Below are positions 9,295-22,129 of a DNA stretch of 64,000 nucleotides, one piece after another. The notes beneath the pieces are model-generated. The model saw only the letters and a list, made by a program, of their open reading frames with translations. It searched no databases and was not told the origin of the DNA. Source of the stretch: Chamaesiphon sp. (GTDB lineage Bacteria; Cyanobacteriota; Cyanobacteriia; Cyanobacteriales; Chamaesiphonaceae). The stretch covers positions 160,001 to 224,000 of the forward strand of contig CBDFFH010000005.1 in NCBI GenBank assembly GCA_965246715.1, written 5' to 3'. The position numbers and the translations under genes were made by a program. Numbering within the stretch: the first letter of the stretch is position 1; each line of letters opens with the position of its first letter.

Positions 9295-11439
9295 TTATTT
9301 ATTTTTGGTAATTTGCGCGAATAAATCGTGAGATCGATCGATGACTTCGCCATGAAAGACTTTGACGACATTAGCTGTCGCCGCCTGGAGTAACGGATCG
9401 ATCTCCAGCTCATCTGGCTCTTCCACAGCCATACTTGCGATCCGCTCGCGATCGAATGATTCGGGCGGTGCGTCAAAGTTAGTTGGGGGTTCGAGTTCGC
9501 TGGAGGGCGTTACTGGCTGTGGTAAAGGACTTGGTGCGATCGACTGCGCTAGAATGCTGGAAATGCTAGTTGGCGGGGGGAACTGCAAAATATTACGGTC
9601 GATCTCCTCATCCTCATCTGCCGCTGGATCCGTCTCATCATCAGTCAGATACTCTACTGGTGCTAACATTGTTGGCGGTGTGATGCCAGGAGAGGGCGAT
9701 GGTGGCATCGGACTGGGTTCTGGTGGATATGTTGGCGGCGTGGGGATCGGATCGGGCGGATAAGCTGGTGGTTGTGGGGGGAGGGGATTAGGTTCTGGTG
9801 GCTGTACTGGTGGCTCTGGCGGCAAGACTGGCGGATCGAGGGGCGGTGGAACTTCGGGGGGTGCGGGAATCTCTGGAGTTAGCGCAGCAGGCGATGGCGA
9901 AGATAATTTAGCGGGAGCGACGCTAGGCTGGGTTTGGAGTTTGCCGAGAACTTCCAATTTCACCACCAGCGGTCGTCCGAACATGTGACTGAATACTTTG
10001 GTCAGTTCGGGCACTTTCCCTGAGGCGATCGACTGCATGGTGGTAGATTTCATTGCTACTACTGCTTGCTGGTCGGTGACGCTAATTAGCTTCCCAAAGG
10101 GTTTAAATAAGTCACGACTTGCAGGTAAAAGCTGCTGTAAGACCTGTTCCCAGGTGCTATCGATCTCTACAGTGTCAATGGAATGTTTTGGGGCTGCTAG
10201 GGGTGTTAATGTGGGCATAGTACTAGGTACCTCAGCTGGAATATTAGTGGGTATTGCGGTTGGGTGAGCGGTCTGCTGTGGGGAGGGGGTGGAAGTCGTT
10301 GGCAAGCTTGCCCTAAGTGGCTGCTGCTGTGCTTGAGGCTCAGCGGTACTAACGCGATCGAGCAAGCCTAACAGAATAATTTCTAGCCAGAGTCGGGGTT
10401 GGGTCGTTTGTTTGACTTGGATTTCGCTATCTTTAAGGTGTTTTTGTCCAGCGAGAATCCAGCTAATTTGCCATGTCTGGGCGATTTTACTGAGTTCTGC
10501 CCACGTTTCGCTGGTGAGAGCGACTAAATCCGGACGCTTGGGGGCGGTTTTGGCAATGAGGAGATCCCGATAGCAACCAGCGAGATTTTGTAAGACGGTG
10601 AGGGGTTCTTTCCCGCGTTCGAGGATTTCGCGGGTGCGATCGAGTAAACTTTCGGGATCGTTACTGGCGATCGATTGTAAAATACCTAATAAGTCACGTT
10701 CGGGGACGGAACCGATCGCATCCCATACTCGATCGGGTGTAATCTCGCCGACGAGCAAACTCAAGCGATCTAATAAGCTTTCCGCATCGCGCAAACCACC
10801 TTGAGCGATTTGGGCGATCAGCGTGACCGATGCTGGGGGAATCTGAATTTGTTCGATTTGCGCGATATAAATCAGATGTTTTACCATGGCATCAACGGGA
10901 ATGCGGCGATAGTCAAACCGTTGACAACGGGAAATAATCGTCGGTAAAACTCGTTGCGGATCGGTCGTCGCCAAGACGAAGACGACATGTGGCGGTGGCT
11001 CTTCGAGCGTTTTTAGCAGTGAGTTAAAAGCTGCGGTCGTGAGCATATGACACTCATCGATGATATAAACCTTATATCGACACTGCATGGGAGCATATCG
11101 AGCGCGCTCGATAATTTCTCGAATATTATCGACTCCAGTATTACTAGCTGCGTCGATTTCGATAATATCTAGAGCGGCACCTAAGGCGATCGAGTTACAG
11201 ACTTCACACTGACCGCAAGGTTGAGCTGTCGGTACCGGACTCAGCATACAATTTAGAGACTTGGCTAAAATTCGGGCACTCGATGTTTTACCCGTTCCGC
11301 GCGGCCCCGTAAACAGGTAAGCTGGAGCAATCTTTTGGAGCCGGAGTGCATTAGTCAAAGTTGTGGCGATCGCCTCTTGCCCGACCAGATCGGCAAAAGT
11401 TTGCGGTCTATATTTATGATGTAGAGGTATATATGCCAT
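9295..11439 (-). CDS. dnaX: DNA polymerase III subunit gamma/tau with long Pro-rich C-terminus
   Basis: KYRPQTF, GPRGTGKTS, a Zn-finger, EIDAASN, IIDECHML and SRCQ. Confidence 0.95.
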   Translation of the reverse strand: MAYIPLHHKYRPQTFADLVGQEAIATTLTNALRLQKIAPAYLFTGPRGTGKTSSARILAKSLNCMLSPVPTAQPCGQCEVCNSIALGAALDIIEIDAASNTGVDNIREIIERARYAPMQCRYKVYIIDECHMLTTAAFNSLLKTLEEPPPHVVFVLATTDPQRVLPTIISRCQRFDYRRIPVDAMVKHLIYIAQIEQIQIPPASVTLIAQIAQGGLRDAESLLDRLSLLVGEITPDRVWDAIGSVPERDLLGILQSIASNDPESLLDRTREILERGKEPLTVLQNLAGCYRDLLIAKTAPKRPDLVALTSETWAELSKIAQTWQISWILAGQKHLKDSEIQVKQTTQPRLWLEIILLGLLDRVSTAEPQAQQQPLRASLPTTSTPSPQQTAHPTAIPTNIPAEVPSTMPTLTPLAAPKHSIDTVEIDSTWEQVLQQLLPASRDLFKPFGKLISVTDQQAVVAMKSTTMQSIASGKVPELTKVFSHMFGRPLVVKLEVLGKLQTQPSVAPAKLSSPSPAALTPEIPAPPEVPPPLDPPVLPPEPPVQPPEPNPLPPQPPAYPPDPIPTPPTYPPEPSPMPPSPSPGITPPTMLAPVEYLTDDETDPAADEDEEIDRNILQFPPPTSISSILAQSIAPSPLPQPVTPSSELEPPTNFDAPPESFDRERIASMAVEEPDELEIDPLLQAATANVVKVFHGEVIDRSHDLFAQITKNK

Positions 11440-11565
11440 CTGCGGGTTAAATAAATAGAGACATCAGCCTCAGAAAAATAGAGTGTCGAGGCGATCTACC
11501 TAGCACTACTCTCTAGGATACCCTAGATCGAATGTACCAAAATCGTGCATCAAAGGAATCAGTAA

Positions 11566-12540
11566 ATGTTAAAAAAAATCTGGCAATCATTTATGAGGTG
11601 GGTTCGCAAAACGTTCGGCAAAGGGACTGTCAGATCGATAGATCGGCGCGTCGCCACTGTAGAATTACCGCCTCTCGATGATACCGATCGCGAGTACTTA
11701 TTCATGCAGTTGCTTGAAGGTGTGGCTCATGGCTGGCAACAACCCCGTGCGGTCGGCTTTTTTAACAAAATTAGGCAACGCGTCCGTAAATCAGAATGGT
11801 TGGAGTGGCTCGATCGTTTTGGTACTAATTTAGTCAACGCCCCTGTACCCAATTATGAACTAGCCGGACGGATGGTGCAATTGGCTCAACTCGACTGCGG
11901 CGAAATTGGCGACCGCGCCGGAGAATATGGTGTGAAACTACTCGAACGTCAAGCAGAAGAAGCTTCAGCTGGCATGTTACCGATTATTGAATTCGGTGGT
12001 GCAGATGAAGAAAACCCGTTTGGCATGAGTTATGGTGGCTCGATCGACAATAGTGGCACAGATTGGGATGAAATCCCACCAGAACTCCTCGCCGAGCGCG
12101 ACGATCCCTCCCAGTCAGAACTGCGATCTCAGCCCCCAGCCGAGCAAAATACCGAAACCCGAGAGATCACCTTAGAAGAATTTGCGGCAATGCTGCATCG
12201 AGATCCCAATCTGGTTGCTGAGTTAGCCGAACAATTTGGCATCGAGACTACCGACCCCCAAATAATTATCAATGCGGTGATCGCGCAAATGCAGCAGCAG
12301 GTGCAACCGATTAGTGGCGATCTCAACACCACACCTCACGAAACAACCGTCGTACCACCGTCACCCCAACCACCAGAAATCATCGAACATCAACCGACTG
12401 CTGCGACTCCCTCACCACCACCCCCACCACCGACACCCAAATTGGAGTATAAATCCGACGATCCGTGGAACAATAACCTGCCGCATACTAGCGAAGAAGC
12501 ATTATCTGAGACAGCCACGTCTCCCGATCGAGGAGCTTAA
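11566..12540 (+). CDS. hypothetical protein with Pro-rich C-terminus
   Basis: 324-aa ORF ending 6 bp upstream of rnhA. Confidence 0.7.
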   Translation: MLKKIWQSFMRWVRKTFGKGTVRSIDRRVATVELPPLDDTDREYLFMQLLEGVAHGWQQPRAVGFFNKIRQRVRKSEWLEWLDRFGTNLVNAPVPNYELAGRMVQLAQLDCGEIGDRAGEYGVKLLERQAEEASAGMLPIIEFGGADEENPFGMSYGGSIDNSGTDWDEIPPELLAERDDPSQSELRSQPPAEQNTETREITLEEFAAMLHRDPNLVAELAEQFGIETTDPQIIINAVIAQMQQQVQPISGDLNTTPHETTVVPPSPQPPEIIEHQPTAATPSPPPPPPTPKLEYKSDDPWNNNLPHTSEEALSETATSPDRGA

Positions 12541-12546
12541 TCAGGT

Positions 12547-13410
12547 ATGACCAGAATTAGTAAATTATATACAGATGGTGCTTGTTCGGGAAATCCCGGC
12601 CCTGGCGGTTGGGGGACGGTCGCCTATTTTGAGGATGGAAGCTGCCACGAACTCGGCGGTCGCGATGGCGCGACCACCAATAATCGGATGGAAATGCAAG
12701 CGGCGATTGCCGCGCTCAAATTTTTTGCGGACACTAATGGTACCCAACCCTGCGTCCTCTATACCGATAGCGAATATTTAATCAAAGGGATCACCCAATG
12801 GGTTAAAGGTTGGAAGAAAAAAGGGTGGAAAACTGCTGCTGGTAAACCCGTCCTCAATCAAGACCTCTGGGAAACACTCGATAATCTCGATCGGCAAGTT
12901 CGCGACCAAACTAAAGTTCCCGTGTCTTGGCAGCACGTCAGAGGGCACTCTGGGGATATTGGTAACGAACGGTGCGATACCATTGCCAGAGGCTTTTCTG
13001 GTGGAAAACCCCCACAATTGCGGCAACGCTCTACAATGGAGATGTCTAAAATTTCTCCCGCCGAACCGAACCCTACAGCACCTTCGGCACCTATTCCATC
13101 TCCCCCAGCGTTGCAGACTGCCACCATGTTAGAAGAACAGCTCATTCATCACGATAGTACCGAACACATCCCGCGTGAAGTTCGAGTCGCCGCTCTCCAC
13201 CACCTGATCGATACCCTTCGCATCGCCGATGAAGTTGCCAAAAATGGTTATCTGATTACCAGTTCCGAACTAGCAGATTTGATGGATATCAATGCTAGCG
13301 CCGTTACCAGTCGTGGAGACAGATGGGCGTGGCGCAATTGGATCGTCTCTAGAGTCCGGCGCGAGGGCAACCAAATTCTCTGGCAATTAGAACGGGTTGA
13401 TGGCGAATAG
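12547..13410 (+). CDS. rnhA: ribonuclease HI with cyanobacterial C-terminal extension
   Basis: YTDGACSGNPGPGGWG, TTNNRME, YTDSEY and HVRGHSG..GNERCD. Confidence 0.93.
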   Translation: MTRISKLYTDGACSGNPGPGGWGTVAYFEDGSCHELGGRDGATTNNRMEMQAAIAALKFFADTNGTQPCVLYTDSEYLIKGITQWVKGWKKKGWKTAAGKPVLNQDLWETLDNLDRQVRDQTKVPVSWQHVRGHSGDIGNERCDTIARGFSGGKPPQLRQRSTMEMSKISPAEPNPTAPSAPIPSPPALQTATMLEEQLIHHDSTEHIPREVRVAALHHLIDTLRIADEVAKNGYLITSSELADLMDINASAVTSRGDRWAWRNWIVSRVRREGNQILWQLERVDGE

Positions 13411-13423
13411 TTAGATAATGCCA

Positions 13424-13457
13424 AGATCCCCGACTTCTTTGGAGAAGTCGGGGATCT
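13424..13457. repeat. perfect 15-bp stem palindrome (dispersed repeat or terminator)
   Basis: AGATCCCCGACTTCT-ttgg-AGAAGTCGGGGATCT. Confidence 0.7.
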
Positions 13458-13535
13458 GTTGTTAATAGCGTAATTGCCGGCATTCAAGGTCATGAATAAT
13501 CTTTTCCCTGTACAGATGGTTTGACTGTCATTAGC

Positions 13536-14057
13536 ATGAAGCTTTATCTTGTCGATCGAAACCCAGACTTAGTTGCTGCTTGGCAAGAGCTTTTTGCTGG
13601 ACTTAACAATGTTTTTATTTGTGAAGGGGATATACTCTCGATTGCTGAAGATACCATTGTTTCACCTGCAAATAGTTACGGATTTATGGATGGAGGCATA
13701 GATCGTTTGTATATCGATCTTTTTGGCTTAGATCTACAACAAAAATTGCAAGAGACGATCGGTTCTAGACCTGAAGGCTATTTGCCGATTGGTAGTGCCG
13801 AGCTAATCAAAACCAATCATAGCCGTATCCCTTATTTAATTGCTGCACCAACAATGATATCTCCAGAAGCAGTTCCTGCTCGTAACTGTTTCTATGCAAC
13901 GATCGCCATCTTAAGCATTGCTTCGCGTCATCCATATATCAATAAGATATTTTGCCCAGGACTGGGTACGGGTATTGGTTGCGTTCCACCCCATCTCGCA
14001 GCACAAGAAATGGTAACGGCGTACCGTAAATGGTTATCTCGCTTAGTAGAACGATAA
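13536..14057 (+). CDS. macro domain (ADP-ribose processing) protein
   Basis: GDI...IVSPANSYGFMDGGID, APTM and PGLGTGIG. Confidence 0.88.
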   Translation: MKLYLVDRNPDLVAAWQELFAGLNNVFICEGDILSIAEDTIVSPANSYGFMDGGIDRLYIDLFGLDLQQKLQETIGSRPEGYLPIGSAELIKTNHSRIPYLIAAPTMISPEAVPARNCFYATIAILSIASRHPYINKIFCPGLGTGIGCVPPHLAAQEMVTAYRKWLSRLVER

Positions 14058-14231
14058 AGAATTGTGTATTTCCGCTAATTTGCTCGTGAGTATAAAATTT
14101 TTGCAAGTTTGCGGAATCGATCGATCTCCAGCTGTAGCTGTTAATAAGGCTCGATCTTTCCGCCTCAGGCAGATCCGAGCGGGTAGTCGCGACTCACACT
14201 CAAGTCCACTACCTATGACAGTTAAATTACC

Positions 14232-15905
14232 ATGTTCGATCGATCTAATTCATTATCTCGCCTCGCGATCGTTTGTTCGACTATTGCATTTTTACTCGGC
14301 AGTTTGACTGGTTGCAACAATAGTTCTGGGATGCGAAGTTCCAGTTCTAATTCGACAACCTCTCGATCGCAATCACCATCCACAACAACGAATGTCAATG
14401 AAGAGTCTGCTAAATCAGATACGATCGCATCGCCAGTACCATTATTGGATGGATTGACTGGCTCTGTAGACAAACAGGCAAACCAAGAAAGCTATAAATC
14501 AGTTCCTGAAAATCAATTTTTTGCTGCTACTAGCCAACCATTATCGACATTCTCGATCGATGTCGATACGGCAAGTTATAGTAACATCCGACGGTATATT
14601 AATGACGGCCAATTACCGCCTAAAGATGCTGTCAGAATCGAGGAAATGGTCAATTATTTCCCCTATGATTATCCCCAACCGACAGGCGATAAACCATTTT
14701 CAATTAATACCGAAGTAGCCAATGCCCCGTGGAATCCCCAACATAAACTCGTGCAAATCGGACTACAGGGTAAAAAAGTCAGTGTAGAGAAATTACCCCC
14801 GAATAATTTAGTTTTCCTGATCGATGTCTCTGGTTCGATGAACGAACCCAACAAACTCCCACTGCTCAAATCTTCACTCAAGTTGTTGGTGAACGAACTC
14901 AGACCGACCGATCGAGTCTCGATGGTGGTATATGCTGGTAGTGCTGGCTTAGTTTTACCCTCTACTTCTGGTAAGGAAAAAAGTAAGATTATCGCCGCAC
15001 TCGATAAATTGGAAGCAGGTGGTTCGACTGCTGGTGGTGAAGGCATCGTCCAAGCATATAAAGTCGCGCGTGAAAATTTCCTCAAGGATGGAAATAATCG
15101 GGTAATCTTAGCTACCGATGGCGATTTTAACGTCGGAGTTAGCAGCGACGAAGAGTTGGTCAAACTCATCGAAAAAGAACGTAAAAGTGGCGTATTTCTC
15201 TCAGTGCTGGGATTTGGGATGGGCAATCTCAAAGACTCCAAAATGGAACAGCTAGCCGATAAAGGTAATGGCAACTATGCCTATATCGATAGTATTAACG
15301 AGGCAAAAAAAGTCCTAGTTAAAGAAATGGGCGGCACGTTATTTACGATCGCCAAAGATGTCAAAATCCAAGTAGAATTCAATCCCAAACAAGTCCAAGG
15401 ATATCGGCTGATCGGCTACGAAAATCGCGTCCTTGCCAACCGCGACTTCAAAGATGATAAAAAAGATGCTGGCGAACTCGGCGCGGGACATGCGGTTACA
15501 GCCCTGTATGAGGTGATTCCTGTCGGCGTAAAAACCGATCTCACATTTTCCAAGCCAACTGCTGCACCGGATGCGGCAGATAAAGATACCAAGCTCGCGG
15601 CAAATAGTCAGGAATTGCTACAGGTAAGGTTGCGGTATAAAGCACCAAAATTGGACACTTCCCAACTCATTACTAGTAGTGTAGTCGATCCTAATTTGAC
15701 GATCGATAAAGCATCTGCCAATCTTAAGTTTGCATCTGCTGTAGCTGCTTTTGGGATGAATATTAGTAACTCGAAGTATAAAGGCAGTACTAACTTCAAT
15801 ACCATTGTCGAGTTAGCTACCCAATCTAAAGGTAGTGATTTAGATGGCTATCGAGCAGAGTTTATTCGCTTGGTGGAAAAGAGTAAACAAATTAAAAAAT
15901 CTTAG
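14232..15905 (+). CDS. vWA-domain lipoprotein (YfbK/DUF3520 type)
   Basis: Lipobox LTGC, STFSIDVDTASY, MIDAS DVSGSM, ILATDGDFNVG and YRLIGYENR. Confidence 0.9.
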   Translation: MFDRSNSLSRLAIVCSTIAFLLGSLTGCNNSSGMRSSSSNSTTSRSQSPSTTTNVNEESAKSDTIASPVPLLDGLTGSVDKQANQESYKSVPENQFFAATSQPLSTFSIDVDTASYSNIRRYINDGQLPPKDAVRIEEMVNYFPYDYPQPTGDKPFSINTEVANAPWNPQHKLVQIGLQGKKVSVEKLPPNNLVFLIDVSGSMNEPNKLPLLKSSLKLLVNELRPTDRVSMVVYAGSAGLVLPSTSGKEKSKIIAALDKLEAGGSTAGGEGIVQAYKVARENFLKDGNNRVILATDGDFNVGVSSDEELVKLIEKERKSGVFLSVLGFGMGNLKDSKMEQLADKGNGNYAYIDSINEAKKVLVKEMGGTLFTIAKDVKIQVEFNPKQVQGYRLIGYENRVLANRDFKDDKKDAGELGAGHAVTALYEVIPVGVKTDLTFSKPTAAPDAADKDTKLAANSQELLQVRLRYKAPKLDTSQLITSSVVDPNLTIDKASANLKFASAVAAFGMNISNSKYKGSTNFNTIVELATQSKGSDLDGYRAEFIRLVEKSKQIKKS

Positions 15906-15907
15906 GA

Positions 15908-16081
15908 ACCTGAGTTCGGGAGAAGAAATGCCTGGAGACTGGAAGTCTCGGCTCACGATCGAAGTAAGCGCCTACGCGGACTAGTTAATCAGTCCGCGCA
16001 GGCGGACTTCGTAATGCTAGCCCCGATTTCAATCGGCGGTGGTGCTGGGACGAAGCTAATATCTTTATCCCGAACTCAGGT
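15908..16081. mobile_element. MITE-like element, family B (copy 1)
   Basis: TIR ACCTGAGTTCGGGA...TCCCGAACTCAGGT. Internal CGCGGACT...AGTCCGCG and CCGATTTCAATCGG hairpins. Confidence 0.8.
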
Positions 16082-16146
16082 CAATCTAGTAGCGCTGAAA
16101 ATCGACATAAATCGTACCTTTTATTGCCGCACTATAAATTGAGAAA

Positions 16147-17361
16147 TTGGAGATAACTATGAACGAACTAAATCGCGATCGACTCGATTTAAGCCATCAA
16201 GGTTATCAGATCGATCGAGTATTGGGACAAAATGTTAATGGTGGTCGGGTAACATATTTAGCCACAGATTTAGATGTAGATCGATCGGTAGTTATCAAAC
16301 AGTTTCAATTTGCGACGATCGGCAATCGCTGGAGCGACTACGATAGTTATCAACGTGAAGTCGAAATCCTGCAACAACTAGAACATCCGAACATTCCTAA
16401 ATATCTTGCTTCGTGGGAGACACCCACCGGATTTTGTTTGGTACAAGAATACAAATCTGGTCGTACTCTAGCCAATTCTGGACGTGATTTTAGTCTAGAA
16501 ACCGTCAAGCAAATCGCGATCGAGCTGTTAGAGATATTAATTTATTTACAGGCACAAAATCCCTCTATCATCCATCGCGATATCAAACCCGAAAACATCT
16601 TAATCGACGAACAGAATCGCGTTTATCTCATCGACTTTGGTTTCGCCCGAAATGCACATACCGAGCAAAATGCAAGTAGTACGATTAAAGGGACGCTGGG
16701 ATTTATGCCAACCGAACAATTATTCAACCGTCCCTTAACTAAAGCAGCAGATTTGTATGGTATGGGTGTCACATTGGTTTGCTTATTAACCGGACGCAAA
16801 TCCATGGAAATAAGTCAGCTCATCGATGCTAATTATCGGCTGGATCTGCGATCGCATTTAGGACATTTACCGCCGAGATTTCTCGATTGGTTGATTCAGA
16901 TGACCGATCCCAATCCCGAACAGCGTTATCCCGATGCTCGAACTGCTTTAACAGCGCTGCAATCGCGCGACGATTCTCCAACTTTCCAACCGCTACCGCA
17001 AAAGCCTGCGATCGTGGTGGGTATACTAATAATGCTAGAATTACTTTTGTTTAGCAAACATCTGTTAACGGTTGTCAGACCAGCTACCTCAAATACGACG
17101 ATCGCCCAATTACGTACGAATCGGGGTTGTCCTGGCTGTAATCTAGCTGGGATCGACCTGCGGGGGATGAATCTCCAAAGCTACGATTTTAGCGGTGCAA
17201 ATCTTACTGGTGCGGATTTACGCAGTGCCGATTTGCGGGGTGCGAGTTTGCGCGGTGCCAATTTGACAAATGTGCTGAGTTATAATGCCAACTTCGCCAG
17301 CGCCGATGTCACTGATGCAACGATTTCTGACACGCTAGCACGGCAAATAAATCGGCGGTAG
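16147..17361 (+). CDS. Ser/Thr protein kinase with TM segment and pentapeptide repeats
   Basis: VVIK, HRDIKPEN, DFG and GTLGFM motifs, plus C-terminal A(D/N)L pentapeptides. Alternative ATG at 16159. Confidence 0.9.
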   Translation: MEITMNELNRDRLDLSHQGYQIDRVLGQNVNGGRVTYLATDLDVDRSVVIKQFQFATIGNRWSDYDSYQREVEILQQLEHPNIPKYLASWETPTGFCLVQEYKSGRTLANSGRDFSLETVKQIAIELLEILIYLQAQNPSIIHRDIKPENILIDEQNRVYLIDFGFARNAHTEQNASSTIKGTLGFMPTEQLFNRPLTKAADLYGMGVTLVCLLTGRKSMEISQLIDANYRLDLRSHLGHLPPRFLDWLIQMTDPNPEQRYPDARTALTALQSRDDSPTFQPLPQKPAIVVGILIMLELLLFSKHLLTVVRPATSNTTIAQLRTNRGCPGCNLAGIDLRGMNLQSYDFSGANLTGADLRSADLRGASLRGANLTNVLSYNANFASADVTDATISDTLARQINRR

Positions 17362-17443
17362 CGCTGCAATTAAAATTGCTGCTAGGGAAACTTAGTTCTC
17401 GATCGCTACAGATTGCCTTATTTTGTTATCGATTTCTACTGGG

Positions 17444-18655
17444 CTACTGCAATATTTTCAGATACTTGGTCGCCTTTTGGTAATATTGAGTGTTACCCTG
17501 TTGTTGAAATAGTCTGGCGGCTTGTTTCATGTCATTAATCGCACCAGCTCGATCGTTCAGCCTGAAATACTTCAGAAAACCGCGATCTTTGTAAGCCTCA
17601 GCAAAATTGGGGTTGAGTTGAATCGCCCGATCGTAATCAGCTAATGCGCCTTGGGTATCTTTGAGTTCGTCCTGCTTCAGAATACCGCGATTGTTGTAAG
17701 CCTCAGCAAAATTGGGATCGAGTTGAATCGCCCGATTGAAATCGGCTAATGCGCCTTGGGTGTCGTTTCGCCCAGATTTAGCAACACCACGGATCGAATA
17801 AAGTCTCGCTTTTTGAGAATCGATCGCGATCGCTCGATCCATGTCGTCTAACATTCCCCGATAGTCACCCTTACTTTCCTTTGATAGCGCACTAGCAATC
17901 AGATCGTCTAAAGGTTTTGGTTTCGCGGTTACTACCACAGGAGTATAGCCACCAATTCCTGCTGTGGTTGCCAACTTGACGAACGTATTGACCGTAATCC
18001 CCAGGTTGAAGCCAGTTTTCACCCGCACTTCATCATTCATGGTCTTTTCGAGCTTCGTATCCACATCCCCTTGTCCGTGGATGGCAATTACTTCACCCTT
18101 ATCGTTCCATACGGGGCCACCACTGTGTCCTGGCAACGTATTGTTACTGTAAATCAGCGAATAACCCTTCCCCTGCTGCTTGGTACTACTATTACTAACC
18201 ACATCGCCTTTGACAAAAGCAAAAATCGAATTGCTGATGGTAGACGAAAGTGGGTAGCCAGAGACATAGACAGTCTCACCTGCATCGACTGTATCGGAGT
18301 TAGCGATTAACTTGGCAACTGGGTAATTTTTGCTACTGGTAAAGGTGAAGACAGCAAGATCGACATTATTGGGAAAGGTTTTGACATTTGTAACCGGATA
18401 TTTTGTATCGTCAGGTGTCGTTACTTGACAGCCACTTTTCTTCACCGCATGAGCCACAGTTAGTACGGTATAAGTACTACCTTCTTTGCGAAGAATCGCC
18501 CCACAACCAAAGCCACAGTCAGTAATCTGCACCGTTACCTGTTTGGCAATCTTCTGCACCTCAACTGGTGATAGAGCTACCGCCGCAGTTTGTACCAAAG
18601 GAATTGTCGCGGCTGCGCCAATTAGTCCGACCCACAGCGAGATTGTAGAAGACAT
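17444..18655 (-). CDS. trypsin-like serine protease with C-terminal TPRs
   Basis: Triad TVAH / DLA / GHSGGP and AEAYNNRG-type TPR repeats. Confidence 0.88.
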   Translation of the reverse strand: MSSTISLWVGLIGAAATIPLVQTAAVALSPVEVQKIAKQVTVQITDCGFGCGAILRKEGSTYTVLTVAHAVKKSGCQVTTPDDTKYPVTNVKTFPNNVDLAVFTFTSSKNYPVAKLIANSDTVDAGETVYVSGYPLSSTISNSIFAFVKGDVVSNSSTKQQGKGYSLIYSNNTLPGHSGGPVWNDKGEVIAIHGQGDVDTKLEKTMNDEVRVKTGFNLGITVNTFVKLATTAGIGGYTPVVVTAKPKPLDDLIASALSKESKGDYRGMLDDMDRAIAIDSQKARLYSIRGVAKSGRNDTQGALADFNRAIQLDPNFAEAYNNRGILKQDELKDTQGALADYDRAIQLNPNFAEAYKDRGFLKYFRLNDRAGAINDMKQAARLFQQQGNTQYYQKATKYLKILQ

Positions 18656-18760
18656 GGATGTGTATTTATTTTGTGACAGTATCGATATTAATCCATTTCA
18701 TTCCAATCTGTGCGCTTGCTACTCCTGTCATTGCGTAAAGACTATAAAATCTACCTCTAT

Positions 18761-18877
18761 GTATAGCAATAGCCAAGATCTTTAGGACGTTTTTTGATTA
18801 GTCCGCGTAGGCGGACTTCGCATCATCAGCGGCGATTTCAATCGCTGTTGTCCTAATAACCTTGGCGGTGGCTATAC
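18761..18877. mobile_element. MITE-like element, family C
   Basis: Imperfect TIR GTATAGC..GCCAAG..TTAGGAC / GTCCTAA..CTTGGC..GCTATAC around the core AGTCCGCGTAGGCGGACTT + GCGATTTCAATCGC. Confidence 0.7.
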
Positions 18878-18909
18878 CTCTGTCGTTCAATAACGTTCGA
18901 TTAATTTAG

Positions 18910-21000
<2,091 letters not shown>

Positions 21001-21195
21001 GTAAACCATCAATATGATACACGATCGATATTGACAATATAACTAGCGATTTGTCTATTCTTTATGGGTTAAATAAGATATGAGATTAGATTGTTATCTG
21101 TAAACTATCGAAATCATCTAGACATCGATATAGAGTGCTACAAATGGCGATTGCATTAACAAGTTAAAATATTAGGTACAGGGAGGTAATATAAG

Positions 21196-21942
21196 ATGAG
21201 TGATGAATGGAATTTCTACTTTTGCAGTATCGAAGATAAGTTAGCTTCGATCTATGTCGATCTTGGTATTATGGACTTGACCCCAATAAAAGAGATTCCA
21301 TTCATGACATATGTCCGACTGAAAATGAATTCACCGGATGATAATGGTATGTCTAGTCAAGAGGAACATGAGGCACTCAATCGCATCGAACAAGCTTTGG
21401 AGAAAACACTTGTCGTCGATTTATCCCATTATGTTGGTCGCTGTACGACAGATTCCTATCGAGATTTTTTCTTTTACGTCGCTCAACCAAAAAATTGGAT
21501 ACAATCTGTCAACAATCTCATGCAGACTTTTCCGGATTATCAATATACTCTAAACATTAGAGAAGAAAAGGACTGGTCAACTTATAGATCGTTCTTATAT
21601 CCAGATAGAGCTGCACTACAGTCGATCGATAATCGTCGAATCTGCTTACTTCTGGAAGAGAATGGCGATCGCATGAATGAGGCTAGAGAGATCGAACACT
21701 GGGCTTATTTTACTGATAAGCATAGTCGTAGTGAATTTGTCAAAGAGGCGATTCAACTCGGTTTTTCACTTGGCTCGTTAGATGAATTGAATACAACAGG
21801 ACAAAAGCAATATTCAGCTCGGATTTGTAGAGATGATATTCCTAGTTTTGCAAGTATTGACAACGTCACACTTCCTCTTTTTTATCTTGCAATTGAGAAT
21901 AATGGTTATTACGATGGGTGGGGAACAGCAGTTATCAAATAA
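21196..21942 (+). CDS. DUF695 protein with RraB-like C-terminal domain
   Basis: W.FY N-terminus, REIEHWAYF and GYYDGWG C-terminus. GGAGG RBS. Confidence 0.7.
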   Translation: MSDEWNFYFCSIEDKLASIYVDLGIMDLTPIKEIPFMTYVRLKMNSPDDNGMSSQEEHEALNRIEQALEKTLVVDLSHYVGRCTTDSYRDFFFYVAQPKNWIQSVNNLMQTFPDYQYTLNIREEKDWSTYRSFLYPDRAALQSIDNRRICLLLEENGDRMNEAREIEHWAYFTDKHSRSEFVKEAIQLGFSLGSLDELNTTGQKQYSARICRDDIPSFASIDNVTLPLFYLAIENNGYYDGWGTAVIK

Positions 21943-21968
21943 ACCAACAATATACTGGTAGCCAGCCA

Positions 21969-21997
21969 GTAGGGAGGGCAATGCGGCAATGCCCTCC
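21969..21997. repeat. GTAG-type REP-like hairpin
   Basis: GTAG followed by GGAGGGCA-ATGCGGCAA-TGCCCTCC. Confidence 0.45.
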
Positions 21998-22129
21998 ATC
22001 TAAATTTCAGGCATTTTACTAGCCATAAATACTTGTATTGCTTTATTCAACTCGATAGATTCGATACAGAAGTGCCAATGATATAATTAAATTATCAACA
22101 CACAATGCCTAAGAGCAGTTAGAGACGAG

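Noticed and set aside
9295..11439. intein in dnaX
   Set aside because: The ATPase motifs are contiguous. The extra length is low-complexity Pro-rich sequence.
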